Source of the DNA: Draconibacterium orientale
GTDB taxonomy: Bacteria > Bacteroidota > Bacteroidia > Bacteroidales > UBA1556
NCBI GenBank assembly: GCA_020718275.1
Contig: DYSI01000004.1
Location: 3,518-67,517 of the forward strand
Reading direction: 5' to 3'
DNA length: 64,000 bases
This document shows positions 9,305 to 19,491 of the stretch, in pieces (within the stretch, counting starts at the first letter, position 1; every line of letters begins with the position of its first letter). The position numbers and the translations under genes were made by a program. The notes beneath the pieces are model-generated. The model was not told the origin of the DNA and ran no database searches. It saw only the letters and a list, made by a program, of their open reading frames with translations.

Positions 9305-10477
9305 ATGAATGCATATATAGTAGGTGGTTATCGTTCAGCCATTGCAAAAGCCCCCAGAGGAAGTTTCCGATTTGTTCGTCCTGATGATATTGCAGCCCAA
9401 GTGATTCACCGTTTGATGAATGATTTTCCTCAAATAGACCAAACAAAAATTGATGATATTGTGGTGGGTAATGCTTTTCCGGAAGCAGAAACCGGCTTCA
9501 ATATGGGACGCATGCTCTCCTTAATGAGCATGGATAATGTGGAAGTACCTGGCTCAACTATTAATCGATATTGTGCCTCAGGTTTAGAATCTATCGCCAT
9601 CGCTTCTGCAAAAATTACCGCAGGAATTGCTGATATGATAATTGCCGGAGGAGCCGAGAGTATGTCGATGATTTCAATGGGTGGATGGCGTCAAGTGCCT
9701 AATCCTGAAATTGCTAAAAACCACCCTAAATGGTATCTAAGCATGGGCTTAACCTCTGAAATGGTTTCGCGAGAATACAATATTGGCCGACAAGAGCAAG
9801 ATGAATTTTCTGTCCATAGCGTTGAAAAAGCTTTGAATGCTATCGATGCTGGATATTTTGAAAGCCAAATTGTACCCATTAAAGTAGTTGAAAATTACTT
9901 TGAGAATGGCAAAATGAAAACTCGCGAATCAGAATTTAAAGTAGACGAAGGCCCTAGGCGCGGAACCACCCTCGAAAATCTATCGAAGCTTAAACCTGCC
10001 TTTGCAGCCAATGGATTTTCTACTGCCGGCAATTCTAGTCAGATGTCTGATGGGGCTGCTTTTGTTTTGGTAGTGTCCGAAAAAGCCCTCAAAGAATATA
10101 ATCTCACGCCAATTGCCCGCTTAATCGACTATCAAGTTTCCGGTGTTGAACCTTATAAAATGGGCGTTGGTCCAATTGCCGCTATCCCAAAAGTGCTAAA
10201 ACATGCTAATATGAATATAGCAGACATTGACCTTTTTGAACTAAACGAAGCCTTTGCAAGCCAATCGCTGGCCGTCATTAAAACCCTAGGCTTAGACCCT
10301 TCAAAAGTGAATGTAAATGGTGGCGCTATCGCTTTAGGGCATCCCCTTGGCGCAACAGGTGCTAAACTTACTGTACAGATTATCAACGAACTAAAACGTA
10401 GAAATAAAAAATACGGGATGGTAACCATGTGCATTGGTTCAGGACAAGGTGCGGCTGGAATTATCGAAATCTTATAA
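9305..10477 (+). CDS. fadA: acetyl-CoA C-acyltransferase (thiolase)
   Basis: 390 aa. Thiolase active-site context NRYCASGLE, C-terminal NGGAIALGHPLGATG and CIGSGQG. Confidence 0.9.
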   Translation: MNAYIVGGYRSAIAKAPRGSFRFVRPDDIAAQVIHRLMNDFPQIDQTKIDDIVVGNAFPEAETGFNMGRMLSLMSMDNVEVPGSTINRYCASGLESIAIASAKITAGIADMIIAGGAESMSMISMGGWRQVPNPEIAKNHPKWYLSMGLTSEMVSREYNIGRQEQDEFSVHSVEKALNAIDAGYFESQIVPIKVVENYFENGKMKTRESEFKVDEGPRRGTTLENLSKLKPAFAANGFSTAGNSSQMSDGAAFVLVVSEKALKEYNLTPIARLIDYQVSGVEPYKMGVGPIAAIPKVLKHANMNIADIDLFELNEAFASQSLAVIKTLGLDPSKVNVNGGAIALGHPLGATGAKLTVQIINELKRRNKKYGMVTMCIGSGQGAAGIIEIL

Positions 10478-10526
10478 AAAATCAGTTAATTTATTGTATA
10501 CAAATCATTTAAAAAAAACATTCAAT

Positions 10527-12311
10527 ATGAATCAAGGATCAACTTTAAAAGGAGGAGAATTTCTAATCAAAGAAACCAGAGCCGAAGATATTTTCATTCC
10601 CGAAGAATTTAACGAAGAGCAGAAATTAATGGCCGATAGTTGCCGTGCTTTTACCGAAACACAAGTAGTGCCGCAAATGGATCAACTGGAAGAGCACGAT
10701 CGTGCCCTTTTGACTAAACTCATGAAAGAGGCTGGCGAGCTTGGATTATTAGGAATATCAGTACCAGAAGAATATGATGGTTTTGGCCAAAATTTCGTTA
10801 CGAGTATGCTCACTACCGAAGAAATGGGAAAAGGTTATAGCTTTGCCGTAGCCTATTCAGCCCATACTGGAATTGGAACGCTTCCAATTTTATATTACGG
10901 AAACGAAGCTCAAAAAGCAAAATATCTGCCCAAACTTGCCACAGGTGAATACATTGGCTCGTATTGTTTAACAGAAGCCGATTCTGGCTCCGATGCCAAT
11001 TCTGGAAAAGCAAATGCCAAATTAAGCGACGACAGTAGCCATTACCTTTTGAATGGGGTGAAAATATGGATTACCAATGGTGGCGTTGCAGATTTACTGA
11101 TTGTTTTTGCAAAAATTGAGAAAGATAAAAACCTCAGCGCTTTTATCGTTGAATCTGCATGGGAAGGTGTAAGCGCTGGCGCCGACGAAGAGAAAATGGG
11201 CATCAAAGGAAGTTCCACCGTTCAAATATATTTAGACAACGTAAAAGTTCCGGCCGAAAATCTATTGGGAGAAAGAAATGAAGGTTTTAAAATTGCCTTA
11301 AACATCCTAAATCTTGGACGGATCAAACTAAGCGGTGCAACCATTGGCGCCAGCAAAGCAACCATTGGAGTTGCTGTAAATTATGCCAATGAACGCAAGC
11401 AATTCGGCCAATTTATCGCTAATTTTCCAGCCATAAAATCCAAATTAGGAGACATGGTCATTCGCACTTATGCCTCTGAATCATTAACTTATAGAGCAAG
11501 TCAAAATATTGAAGACGCTATACAAGAATACATTCAGCAAGGAATGGACAAAGGTAAAGCTACCGTTGAAGGCATGCGTCAATATGCAATCGAAGCCTCG
11601 ATTGCAAAGGTTTATGGATCTGAAGTGCTTGATTTTGTAGTAGATGAAGCAGTCCAAATTTATGGAGGAATGGGATATTCTGCAGAAACACCCGTTGAAA
11701 GAGCCTATCGCGATAGTAGAATCAACCGAATTTTTGAAGGTACCAACGAAATAAATCGCATGGTTATCGTAGGCGAATTGCTAAAACGAGCCATGAAAGG
11801 AGAATTTGATTTGCTAACTCCAGCAATGGCAGTTGCTAAAGAACTAATGGGAATTCCTGAATTTGGAAGTACTTCAACTGATTATTTTGAAGTGAAACGT
11901 AAGCTCATTGTAAATTTCAAAAAATCGATACTGATGGTTGCAGGCGCTGCCGTTCAGAAATTTGCCCAAAATTTTGCTGACGAACAAGAGATTATGATGA
12001 ATGTGGCTGATATGGTAATTCAAACCTATGCTGCTGAATCAATGATGCTGAGAATCGAAAAATTAGAATCGATCCATGGGGCTGCTTTTGTGAGTTTACA
12101 AAAAGCAATGTTGGATGTACTGATGTACGATGCTGCCTATAAAATCAACAAATACGGCATCGACGCCATCAACTCATTTGCCGAAAAAGACGAACAACAA
12201 GCCATGCTTATGGGCATGAAACGTTTCACAAAAGTAGCCAATGTGAACGTCAAAGAAGCCCGCCGAATGGTAGCTGATAAGCTAATTGAACTGAATAGCT
12301 ATAAATTCTAA
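10527..12311 (+). CDS. fadE: acyl-CoA dehydrogenase
   Basis: ATG at 10527 (MNQGSTLKGGEF) chosen; the track ORF start at 10434 overlaps fadA. 594 aa with acyl-CoA dehydrogenase motifs (CLTEADSGSDA, QIYGGMGY). Confidence 0.85.
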   Translation: MNQGSTLKGGEFLIKETRAEDIFIPEEFNEEQKLMADSCRAFTETQVVPQMDQLEEHDRALLTKLMKEAGELGLLGISVPEEYDGFGQNFVTSMLTTEEMGKGYSFAVAYSAHTGIGTLPILYYGNEAQKAKYLPKLATGEYIGSYCLTEADSGSDANSGKANAKLSDDSSHYLLNGVKIWITNGGVADLLIVFAKIEKDKNLSAFIVESAWEGVSAGADEEKMGIKGSSTVQIYLDNVKVPAENLLGERNEGFKIALNILNLGRIKLSGATIGASKATIGVAVNYANERKQFGQFIANFPAIKSKLGDMVIRTYASESLTYRASQNIEDAIQEYIQQGMDKGKATVEGMRQYAIEASIAKVYGSEVLDFVVDEAVQIYGGMGYSAETPVERAYRDSRINRIFEGTNEINRMVIVGELLKRAMKGEFDLLTPAMAVAKELMGIPEFGSTSTDYFEVKRKLIVNFKKSILMVAGAAVQKFAQNFADEQEIMMNVADMVIQTYAAESMMLRIEKLESIHGAAFVSLQKAMLDVLMYDAAYKINKYGIDAINSFAEKDEQQAMLMGMKRFTKVANVNVKEARRMVADKLIELNSYKF

Positions 12312-12313
12312 AC

Positions 12314-12805
12314 ATGGAAAAGGAGAATTTCATAGTACAATTAGTAAAATCGCCATGGCGGTTGAAAATGTTTTTCATCAAAAACCTTCCAATGGCCTTT
12401 ATCAGTGGTTTAAAAGTGGTTTCTTTTGATCAACAATCGGCCTCTGTTCGCATTCCTTTCAATTATGTGAATAAGAATCCATTCCGAAGCATGTATTTTG
12501 GCTCGCAAAGTATAGCAGCCGAATTATCAACTGGATTGTTAGCAATGGCCGCCATTTATCAAGTATCGCAAAACGTTTCGATGCTAGTGCTTACTATGAA
12601 ATCCTCTTTTTTAAAAAAAGCCACTTCCGCAGTTACTTTTACCTGTGAAGATGGTACTCTCTTCGCGAAAACCGTTCAGATTGCTATTGAAACTGGTGAA
12701 GGTCAAACAATTACCTCAAAATCAATTGGCAAAAATGAAGAAGGCATTATCGTATCTGAATTTGAATTTACTTGGACATTTAAACTAAAAACAAATCGAG
12801 CATGA
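12314..12805 (+). CDS. hotdog-fold thioesterase-like protein (DUF4442-like)
   Basis: 163-aa ORF starting 3 bp after the fadE stop and overlapping the next gene by 4 bp. The assignment rests on size and context and is moderately secure. Confidence 0.55.
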   Translation: MEKENFIVQLVKSPWRLKMFFIKNLPMAFISGLKVVSFDQQSASVRIPFNYVNKNPFRSMYFGSQSIAAELSTGLLAMAAIYQVSQNVSMLVLTMKSSFLKKATSAVTFTCEDGTLFAKTVQIAIETGEGQTITSKSIGKNEEGIIVSEFEFTWTFKLKTNRA

Positions 12806-14637
12806 AAGTTACAAGAACATTCGACATCGTCGACCAATTACTTGAAAAATACCCAAAGGATGTTGCCCTTGCAACCAAGAGAAATGGCAAATGGGATTCA
12901 ATAAGTACCAAAGAATACAAAGAAATGATTGATTTAGTGAGTTATGGCTTGCTAAGTCTTGGTCTACAGAAAGGGGATAAAATACTTACGGTTTCAAATA
13001 ACCGAACCGAATGGAATTTACTAGATATGGGAATGGCTCAAATTGGGGTAGTGCATGTGCCTTTGTATCCCAATTTAGGCCCTATGGAGTACAACTATAT
13101 TGTAGATCATTCAGAGGCAATAGTGGTAATAGTTAGTTCGCTATTGTTTTATGAGAAAATAAAACAACCAGTAGCCCTCGCCAAAAATGTGAAATACGTT
13201 TATACTTTTGACGAAGTGGAAGGCGCTGTGAACTGGAATGAACTGATAGATAAAGGACGACAAAATGCTGGAAAATATAAAGATGAATTAGTAAAACGTC
13301 GTGATGCCGTTATGCCCGATGATTTGCTGACCATCATTTATACATCTGGAACCACAGGATTGAGTAAAGGAGTAATGCTATCGCATCGCAATTTAATTTC
13401 AAATGTGGAAGGCACCACCAATATTTTACCATTGGACGGACTCCATAAGGTATTAAGCTTTTTGCCGCTTTGCCATGTCTTTGAGCGAATGGTCAATTAT
13501 CTTGTTCAGTTCAAAGGATGCTCGGTGTATTATGCTGAAAGTGTGGATACTATTGGTGAGAATTTACTTGAAATACAGCCCAACGGATTCGCTACAGTTC
13601 CTCGGGTATTGGAAAAATTATACGATAAAATTGTCGCAAAAGGAAAAAATCTAAGCGGTATAAAAAAGGGACTTTTCTTTTGGGCACTGAATTTAGCGAA
13701 TCGTTATGAATTAAATCGCGCAAATGGTTGGTGGTTTGAGTTTCAACTAAAAATTGCCCGCAAGCTAATTTTTAGCAAATGGCAAGCAGCTTTAGGAGGC
13801 AAAGTGAATGTGATAATTTCGGGAGGAGCAGCCCTTCAACCCCGCTTAGCGCGAGTTTTTAATGCAGCAGGTATTCCTTTAGTTGAGGGCTATGGATTAA
13901 CAGAAACTTCGCCAGTAATTGCCGTAAATCAAACTTTTTATCCCTATATGAAGTTTGGAACCGTGGGTCCAGTGCTCGACAATGTGGAAGTAAAAATAGC
14001 CGAGGATGGCGAAATCCTGATGAAAGGACCTAGTCAAATGATTGGTTACTTCAAAGACCCCGAAAAAACTGCCGAAGCAATTGACGCAGATGGGTGGTTT
14101 CATACTGGTGATATCGGCGAAATTCAGGAGCATAATATCTTGAAAATTACAGACCGCAAAAAGGAAATATTTAAACTAAGTACCGGTAAGTACATTGCGC
14201 CTCAGTTGATTGAGAATATTTTTAAGGAGTCAAATTTCATTGACCAACTAATGATCGTCGGTGAAAACGAAAAATATGCAGCCGCTATTATCTGTCCAGC
14301 TTTTGAGTTTTTGCACAGATGGGCTGCAAAACGTGGACTTAAATATCGCGACAACAAAGACCTAATTCAAAAAACCGAGGTAATACAACGTTTTGAAGAA
14401 GAAGTTGACCGTATCAATCAAACGCTTGGTCGTTTCCGTCAAGTGAAAAAATTTGAATTAACTTGTCAGGAATGGCTCACAGAAACGGGTGAACTCTCTC
14501 CTACCTTAAAACTGAAAAGAAAATTTTTAAAAGAAAAGTACCGTATTAAATTCGATAGAATGTATGGATATACCAATGACGACGGCTATGTTGGTACTCC
14601 CAGCAATGCCAAATTCGACCCAAAAGAATTAGCATAA
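12802..14637 (+). CDS. fadD: long-chain fatty acid-CoA ligase (AMP-dependent synthetase)
   Basis: 611 aa. AMP-binding motif YTSGTTGLSKGV, plus GYGLTET and TGDIG. Confidence 0.85.
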   Translation: MKVTRTFDIVDQLLEKYPKDVALATKRNGKWDSISTKEYKEMIDLVSYGLLSLGLQKGDKILTVSNNRTEWNLLDMGMAQIGVVHVPLYPNLGPMEYNYIVDHSEAIVVIVSSLLFYEKIKQPVALAKNVKYVYTFDEVEGAVNWNELIDKGRQNAGKYKDELVKRRDAVMPDDLLTIIYTSGTTGLSKGVMLSHRNLISNVEGTTNILPLDGLHKVLSFLPLCHVFERMVNYLVQFKGCSVYYAESVDTIGENLLEIQPNGFATVPRVLEKLYDKIVAKGKNLSGIKKGLFFWALNLANRYELNRANGWWFEFQLKIARKLIFSKWQAALGGKVNVIISGGAALQPRLARVFNAAGIPLVEGYGLTETSPVIAVNQTFYPYMKFGTVGPVLDNVEVKIAEDGEILMKGPSQMIGYFKDPEKTAEAIDADGWFHTGDIGEIQEHNILKITDRKKEIFKLSTGKYIAPQLIENIFKESNFIDQLMIVGENEKYAAAIICPAFEFLHRWAAKRGLKYRDNKDLIQKTEVIQRFEEEVDRINQTLGRFRQVKKFELTCQEWLTETGELSPTLKLKRKFLKEKYRIKFDRMYGYTNDDGYVGTPSNAKFDPKELA

Positions 14638-14656
14638 TTTAAACCTTATTGCACAT

Positions 14657-14696
14657 AAAAAAAGCCTCCGCAGTATATCTCGGAGGCTTTTGTTTG
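14657..14696. terminator. bidirectional rho-independent terminator between convergent fadD and htpG
   Basis: AGCCTCCG (14663-14670) pairs with CGGAGGCT (14681-14688) across a 10-nt loop. An A-run lies 5' and a T-rich run 3'. Confidence 0.8.
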
Positions 14697-14715
14697 ATAG
14701 GATATCGACTTTTGA

Positions 14716-16614
14716 TTAGTGAATAATCTCCATCGAACGCTTAATAAAATCAGCCAAATCTTTGCCTTTGAGTAAATTCTGCGATAGTTTTGCTAAATCG
14801 ACCAATTGTTTTGCAATAGTATGCTTATGGGTTTCATCTTGGTCATCAATCAGCGCAGCGATTAAAGGATTATTGCTGTTAATCACCACATTATATTGAT
14901 CTGGAAGATTTCCCATAAAAGAATACTGTCCGCCACCCATGGCTTGCATGTCTTTCATCCGACGCATAAATTCTGGTTGGGTAATTAGCACGGCTTGCTC
15001 AGATTCGCTTAAACTTTCAAATTGAATAGAGTAAATAGTACTATCTAAATCCTTTTCAAAAATTGGTTTTAGCAGATTTTGTTGTTCCTCTGTCAATTTA
15101 GAAATTTGGCTTTCTTCCTTTTCAATCAGCTTATCAATACTTTCGGCATCAACCCTAACAAAGCGTGTTTTCTCTAATTTCCGCTCCATCATATCGATAA
15201 AATGATTGTCCAAAACACCATCCATCATAAGAACACTGTATCCACGTTCTTTGGCTTTTTCAACGTACACAAATTGGGCTACCGCGTCGTTGGCATATAG
15301 AATGATCTGAGAATCATGCTTATCGGTTTGGTTTAATTTAATATGCGTTTGGTACTCCTCGCTAGTAAAATACTTGCCTTCGGTATCTTTAAACAATATG
15401 AATTTGGTTGCGCGTTCTGCAAATTTCTCATCGCTAAGCATTCCGTATTCAATAAAAATTTTGATATCGTCCCATTTTTCCTCAAAGCTAGGTCTATCAT
15501 TTTTAAATAATTCCTCCAATTTATCTGCAACCTTTTTGCTAATGTGATTGGAAATTTTCTTCACATTGTGATCGCTTTGCAAATAGGAACGTGAAACATT
15601 TAAAGGGATATCTGGAGAGTCGATGATACCATGAAGAAGTGTTAGAAAATCAGGGACAATATTCTCCACTGAATCAGTTATAAACACTTGATTGCTATAT
15701 AGTTGAATTTTATCTCTTTGCACTTCGATATTCCGTTTAACCTTTGGGAAATAAAGAATCCCGGTAAGATTAAATGGGTAATCAACATTCAGGTGAATAT
15801 GAAAAAGCGGTTTCTCGAACTGCATAGGATACAGTTCACGGTAAAAACTCTCATAATCCTCAATCTTAAGTTCTGAGGGAGTTTTTTTCCACAGCGGTTG
15901 AACATTATTAATAATGCGAGGCTTTTTAACTTCTTTAGTTTCAGGTTTTCCATCCTTATCTTCTGAGCCTTCAACATCTTCAAAAACAGTTTCTTCACCA
16001 AAAACGATTTCTACTGGAAGAAACTTACAATACTTATTTAGAATACCAAGAATCCGATTTTCGTCTAAAAATTCAATTGAATCATCCGCAATGTGAAGTA
16101 CAATTTCAGTACCTCGATCGCGACTTGCAACCTCATCAAGGGTATATTCTGGGCTACCATCGCATTCCCATTTCACTGCTTTGGTGCCTGCGCCCTTTTT
16201 ATAGGTTTTAGAAAATAACTCCACATTTTTGGAAACCATAAATGCAGAGTAAAAACCAAGTCCAAAATGACCAATGATATTAGTATTATCAAGGTCTTTA
16301 AATTTTTCTACAAATTCCTCAGCACTTGAAAAAGCGATTTGATTAATGTATTTATCTACCTCTTCAGCGGTCATACCAATACCACGGTCGATAATTCGAA
16401 TAGTTTTCGCCTCTTTATCGAGTACTACTCGAATGCTAAGGTCGCCTAATTCTACTTCTGATTTGCCGCTACGAACCATTGCTTTCAACTTTTCAGTTGC
16501 GTCAGTAGCATTGGAAATCAACTCTCTAAGAAATATTTCATGGTCGGAATAAAGGAATTTTTTAATAACAGGAAAGATGTTTTCTGTTTTAACATTAATG
16601 GTGCCTTTTTGCAT
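14716..16614 (-). CDS. htpG: molecular chaperone HtpG (Hsp90)
   Basis: 632 aa. GHKL ATPase motifs ELISNATDA, DRGIGM, GHFGLGFYS. Confidence 0.95.
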   Translation of the reverse strand: MQKGTINVKTENIFPVIKKFLYSDHEIFLRELISNATDATEKLKAMVRSGKSEVELGDLSIRVVLDKEAKTIRIIDRGIGMTAEEVDKYINQIAFSSAEEFVEKFKDLDNTNIIGHFGLGFYSAFMVSKNVELFSKTYKKGAGTKAVKWECDGSPEYTLDEVASRDRGTEIVLHIADDSIEFLDENRILGILNKYCKFLPVEIVFGEETVFEDVEGSEDKDGKPETKEVKKPRIINNVQPLWKKTPSELKIEDYESFYRELYPMQFEKPLFHIHLNVDYPFNLTGILYFPKVKRNIEVQRDKIQLYSNQVFITDSVENIVPDFLTLLHGIIDSPDIPLNVSRSYLQSDHNVKKISNHISKKVADKLEELFKNDRPSFEEKWDDIKIFIEYGMLSDEKFAERATKFILFKDTEGKYFTSEEYQTHIKLNQTDKHDSQIILYANDAVAQFVYVEKAKERGYSVLMMDGVLDNHFIDMMERKLEKTRFVRVDAESIDKLIEKEESQISKLTEEQQNLLKPIFEKDLDSTIYSIQFESLSESEQAVLITQPEFMRRMKDMQAMGGGQYSFMGNLPDQYNVVINSNNPLIAALIDDQDETHKHTIAKQLVDLAKLSQNLLKGKDLADFIKRSMEIIH

Positions 16615-16740
16615 ATTGATTGGATTTTTAAAATTGGTATAATAAAAAAAAATTACTGCGCAGATTTGACAAAGATAATGCCACTAGGAAATGACTGACA
16701 GAATGACAATGTAAATCAAATTGAAATTAATGAATAGAAT

Positions 16741-17082
16741 CTAGATTTCAATTCCCAAATGGAGCTTAGGAATCCATAAACGCTGCTGAAAATCTAATAC
16801 GCAATCATTCAAAATGTGATGCCCTTCTTGAACTAACAAATTTTCCATCAACATAGGATCTCCAAAAGCTTTTTTACCGCTGAGCATTCCATTACGATTG
16901 ATAACGCGATGCGCAGGAACTGCGAAATCAGCCGTATGACATTTATTGAGCGCCCAACCCACCATTCGCGCGGATACCTTTGCACCAAGCGCATCGGCGA
17001 TATGACCGTAAGTGGTAACTTTACCATAAGGAATCAAGCGGCAAAGCACATAAACACGCTCAAAAAAATCAGCTTCCTGCAT
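16741..17082 (-). CDS. alkyltransferase-like (ATL) protein; MGMT DNA-binding domain without the catalytic cysteine
   Basis: 113 aa. The O6-alkylguanine alkyltransferase active-site motif PCHRV reads PAHRV here (VPAHRVINRNG). Confidence 0.75.
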   Translation of the reverse strand: MQEADFFERVYVLCRLIPYGKVTTYGHIADALGAKVSARMVGWALNKCHTADFAVPAHRVINRNGMLSGKKAFGDPMLMENLLVQEGHHILNDCVLDFQQRLWIPKLHLGIEI

Positions 17083-17773
17083 GGATAGTTGTTGTGAATG
17101 CAGCGGGATTTAATTTAAATTCGAGATAATTAATCGCAAAACCCTGCTCAGAAAACAAGGTTTCGTAATAGGTTTTAATTGACTTAACTTCTTCAAAACC
17201 TTGCACTTGGTATAAATCTTTAACCGCAGTTAGCAAGTGATGTTGCTCCGAAGCGATTACTTCGAGTGTATAGTCAAAAAGCGGTTCATTATCAGTTTTA
17301 AAATGGATTAATCCATTGGATGCTAATATTTTATAATATCGCTCTAAAAATGGATGAGCTGTGAGCCTTTTATTCCGTTTCGCATTCTTGGGTTGAGGAT
17401 CTGGAAAGGTTATCCAAATTTCTTCCACCTCAGCTGGTGCAAAAATCATTGGAACCATTTGCACATGTGCACGAATAAAAGCAACATTTTGAAGTGATTG
17501 CTGTTGCGAAGTATGGCAGCCTCTCCACATTCTTGCTCCTTTAATATCCATTCCAATAAAATTTCGATCAGGATATTTGGCTGCTAAACCAACGGTATAC
17601 TCTCCTTTTCCACAACCAACTTCTAAAGTTATTGGATTATCATTTTTAAAAAATTCTTGTTTCCAATTTCCTTTCAATACAAAGCCATCTTTGATATCGT
17701 CGTAATTTGGTTGAAACATATTCGGAAAAGTCAAATTCTCCGCAAACTTTCTCAGTTTCTTTTTCTTACCCAT
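17069..17773 (-). CDS. trmB: tRNA (guanine-N7)-methyltransferase
   Basis: 234 aa. SAM-binding LEVGCGKGEY and a TrmB-type FPDPQPK..KRNKR motif. Confidence 0.85.
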   Translation of the reverse strand: MGKKKKLRKFAENLTFPNMFQPNYDDIKDGFVLKGNWKQEFFKNDNPITLEVGCGKGEYTVGLAAKYPDRNFIGMDIKGARMWRGCHTSQQQSLQNVAFIRAHVQMVPMIFAPAEVEEIWITFPDPQPKNAKRNKRLTAHPFLERYYKILASNGLIHFKTDNEPLFDYTLEVIASEQHHLLTAVKDLYQVQGFEEVKSIKTYYETLFSEQGFAINYLEFKLNPAAFTTTIHAGS

Positions 17774-17785
17774 TTATTTTATTTC

Positions 17786-18760
17786 TTACTCTGTAATTTT
17801 TTCTATCCAAAGTTGCTTTTGCTCTTTATCCGATATTTGAGTTAAAGTGGCGTTTGCTTCTGCTTGCGTTTTGAATCCAGCATAACATACGCGTATCAAT
17901 CCACTAGAAGTTTTTCCTTTAATCGAAGCATTTTCATAACCACTGGCTTTGAGTTTCAGAAGGTAATCCTGCGCATTTTTATCAGATTTAAAACAAGCTG
18001 CAATAATAAAATACTGCGCTGCGGAAGTGTTTGCTATATTTTGATCATCAAGCGACGATTGCGCAACTATTTCTTTTGATAATGAATCAACGATTTCAGA
18101 TTCGATTACTGAATCAATGGAAGCGGTGATTATAGAATCCTCTTGTGCGACAGCTACAATATTTTTTTCATCGAGCTTATTATCAGTAACTTTAACAATA
18201 ATATTTGATTGCTTAGCGGTGAATTTATCTTTAAATATGTAAATAGAAGCACCTAAAATTGCCAGTAAAAGCACAACCGCTGCCCAAGTAAGCCATGGTT
18301 TCCAATTGGTTTTTGGTTTGGCAGATACCACTGATGGAGTCGGTGACACTTCTTGGGGTAAGTTGCTAGGCACTTGCTCAAATGAAGTTAATCCGAAGTA
18401 GTCTTTATCGTAATTGAAGGATAAATCTTGTTCAAAAACAAACCCTCCTGACGCCTGCGGTTTGAACCAACCTATATTTTCTAAATAAACTATTTCTTTA
18501 TTATTGAGACTTGCTAAAGTAGTTTTTACAAATTCCTTAACGAGGTTTTGAGCATCATCAGTTTGCAAAGAAAGAATCAAAACCTCGTCATTGATGTTTG
18601 GGTTTGCAGTGAAGGTAATACGACGATATTTGGGAGTAAACTCATGGCTAACAGGATGATGATAAGCATCGCGACTCTCTAAATTAAAGACCCCCAATTT
18701 GGGAATCACCAAATGATTGTGGATAAATAATAACTTACTAATGGATAAACTTATGTTCAT
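17786..18760 (-). CDS. SPOR-domain protein with an N-terminal HU-like domain and a central transmembrane helix
   Basis: 324 aa. TM segment WLTWAAVVLLLAILGASIYIF. C-terminal SPOR-like repeat (YFIIAACFKSDKNAQDYLLKLKASGY ... RVCYAGF). Confidence 0.65.
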   Translation of the reverse strand: MNISLSISKLLFIHNHLVIPKLGVFNLESRDAYHHPVSHEFTPKYRRITFTANPNINDEVLILSLQTDDAQNLVKEFVKTTLASLNNKEIVYLENIGWFKPQASGGFVFEQDLSFNYDKDYFGLTSFEQVPSNLPQEVSPTPSVVSAKPKTNWKPWLTWAAVVLLLAILGASIYIFKDKFTAKQSNIIVKVTDNKLDEKNIVAVAQEDSIITASIDSVIESEIVDSLSKEIVAQSSLDDQNIANTSAAQYFIIAACFKSDKNAQDYLLKLKASGYENASIKGKTSSGLIRVCYAGFKTQAEANATLTQISDKEQKQLWIEKITE

Positions 18761-19482
18761 ACTAATCGTTTTAGTGCGAGAATTAAATCTTCGGGCGTAT
18801 CGATTCCAAAACTATCGAAAGCCGTAATACCGACCTGTATATCAAAGCCATGATCGAGCCAACGCAATTGCTCTAGTGATTCCGACATTTCCAAAGTAGA
18901 GGCAGGCAAATTTACCAGTTGATCCAATATATTGGCTTTAAAAGCATACATGCCGATATGCTTAAAATGTTTCGCTCCCACTTCCCTATTTCGTTGAAAA
19001 GGAATTGCAAATCTACTGAAATACAAGGCTTTATTTGCTTTATTAAAAACCACTTTAACCGTATTAGAGGATTCCAATTCATGGGTTTCGGTAATTTCTT
19101 TGGCAAGGGTGGCAATATTAAACTGAGGATTTTGAATCAAATCGCAAAGTAATTTAAGCTGTTCAGCATGCACAAAAGGCTCATCGCCCTGCACATTCAA
19201 AACCGCATCATATCCAATTGGCAAAGATTTCACCACTTCTGCAATTCGTTCGGTTCCATTTCGATGACTAGCGGCGGTCATCATCACGCTTGCGCCAAAA
19301 CTTTGGGCATGATTAAATATTCGTTCGTCGTCGGTTGCAATGATCACCTTATCAATAAATTCGAGCTGCGCACATTGTTCAAACACAAGCTGAATCATGG
19401 ATTTACCTTTAATATCCGCTAAGGGTTTTCCCGGAAAACGACTAGAATCATATCTAGCAGGAATGATGGCAACAATCGACAT
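18757..19482 (-). CDS. kdsB: 3-deoxy-manno-octulosonate cytidylyltransferase
   Basis: 241 aa. N-terminal IIPARYDSSRFPGKPL and an NVQGDEP motif. Confidence 0.9.
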   Translation of the reverse strand: MSIVAIIPARYDSSRFPGKPLADIKGKSMIQLVFEQCAQLEFIDKVIIATDDERIFNHAQSFGASVMMTAASHRNGTERIAEVVKSLPIGYDAVLNVQGDEPFVHAEQLKLLCDLIQNPQFNIATLAKEITETHELESSNTVKVVFNKANKALYFSRFAIPFQRNREVGAKHFKHIGMYAFKANILDQLVNLPASTLEMSESLEQLRWLDHGFDIQVGITAFDSFGIDTPEDLILALKRLV

Positions 19483-19491
19483 GGCGGTGGG

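Noticed and set aside
10434-10526. The longer N-terminal extension of fadE given by the ORF track.
   Set aside because: It overlaps the last 44 nt of fadA, and its translation (MVQDKVRLELSKSYKK...) crosses the fadA stop region. The ATG at 10527 follows an intergenic spacer and gives the canonical 594-aa length.
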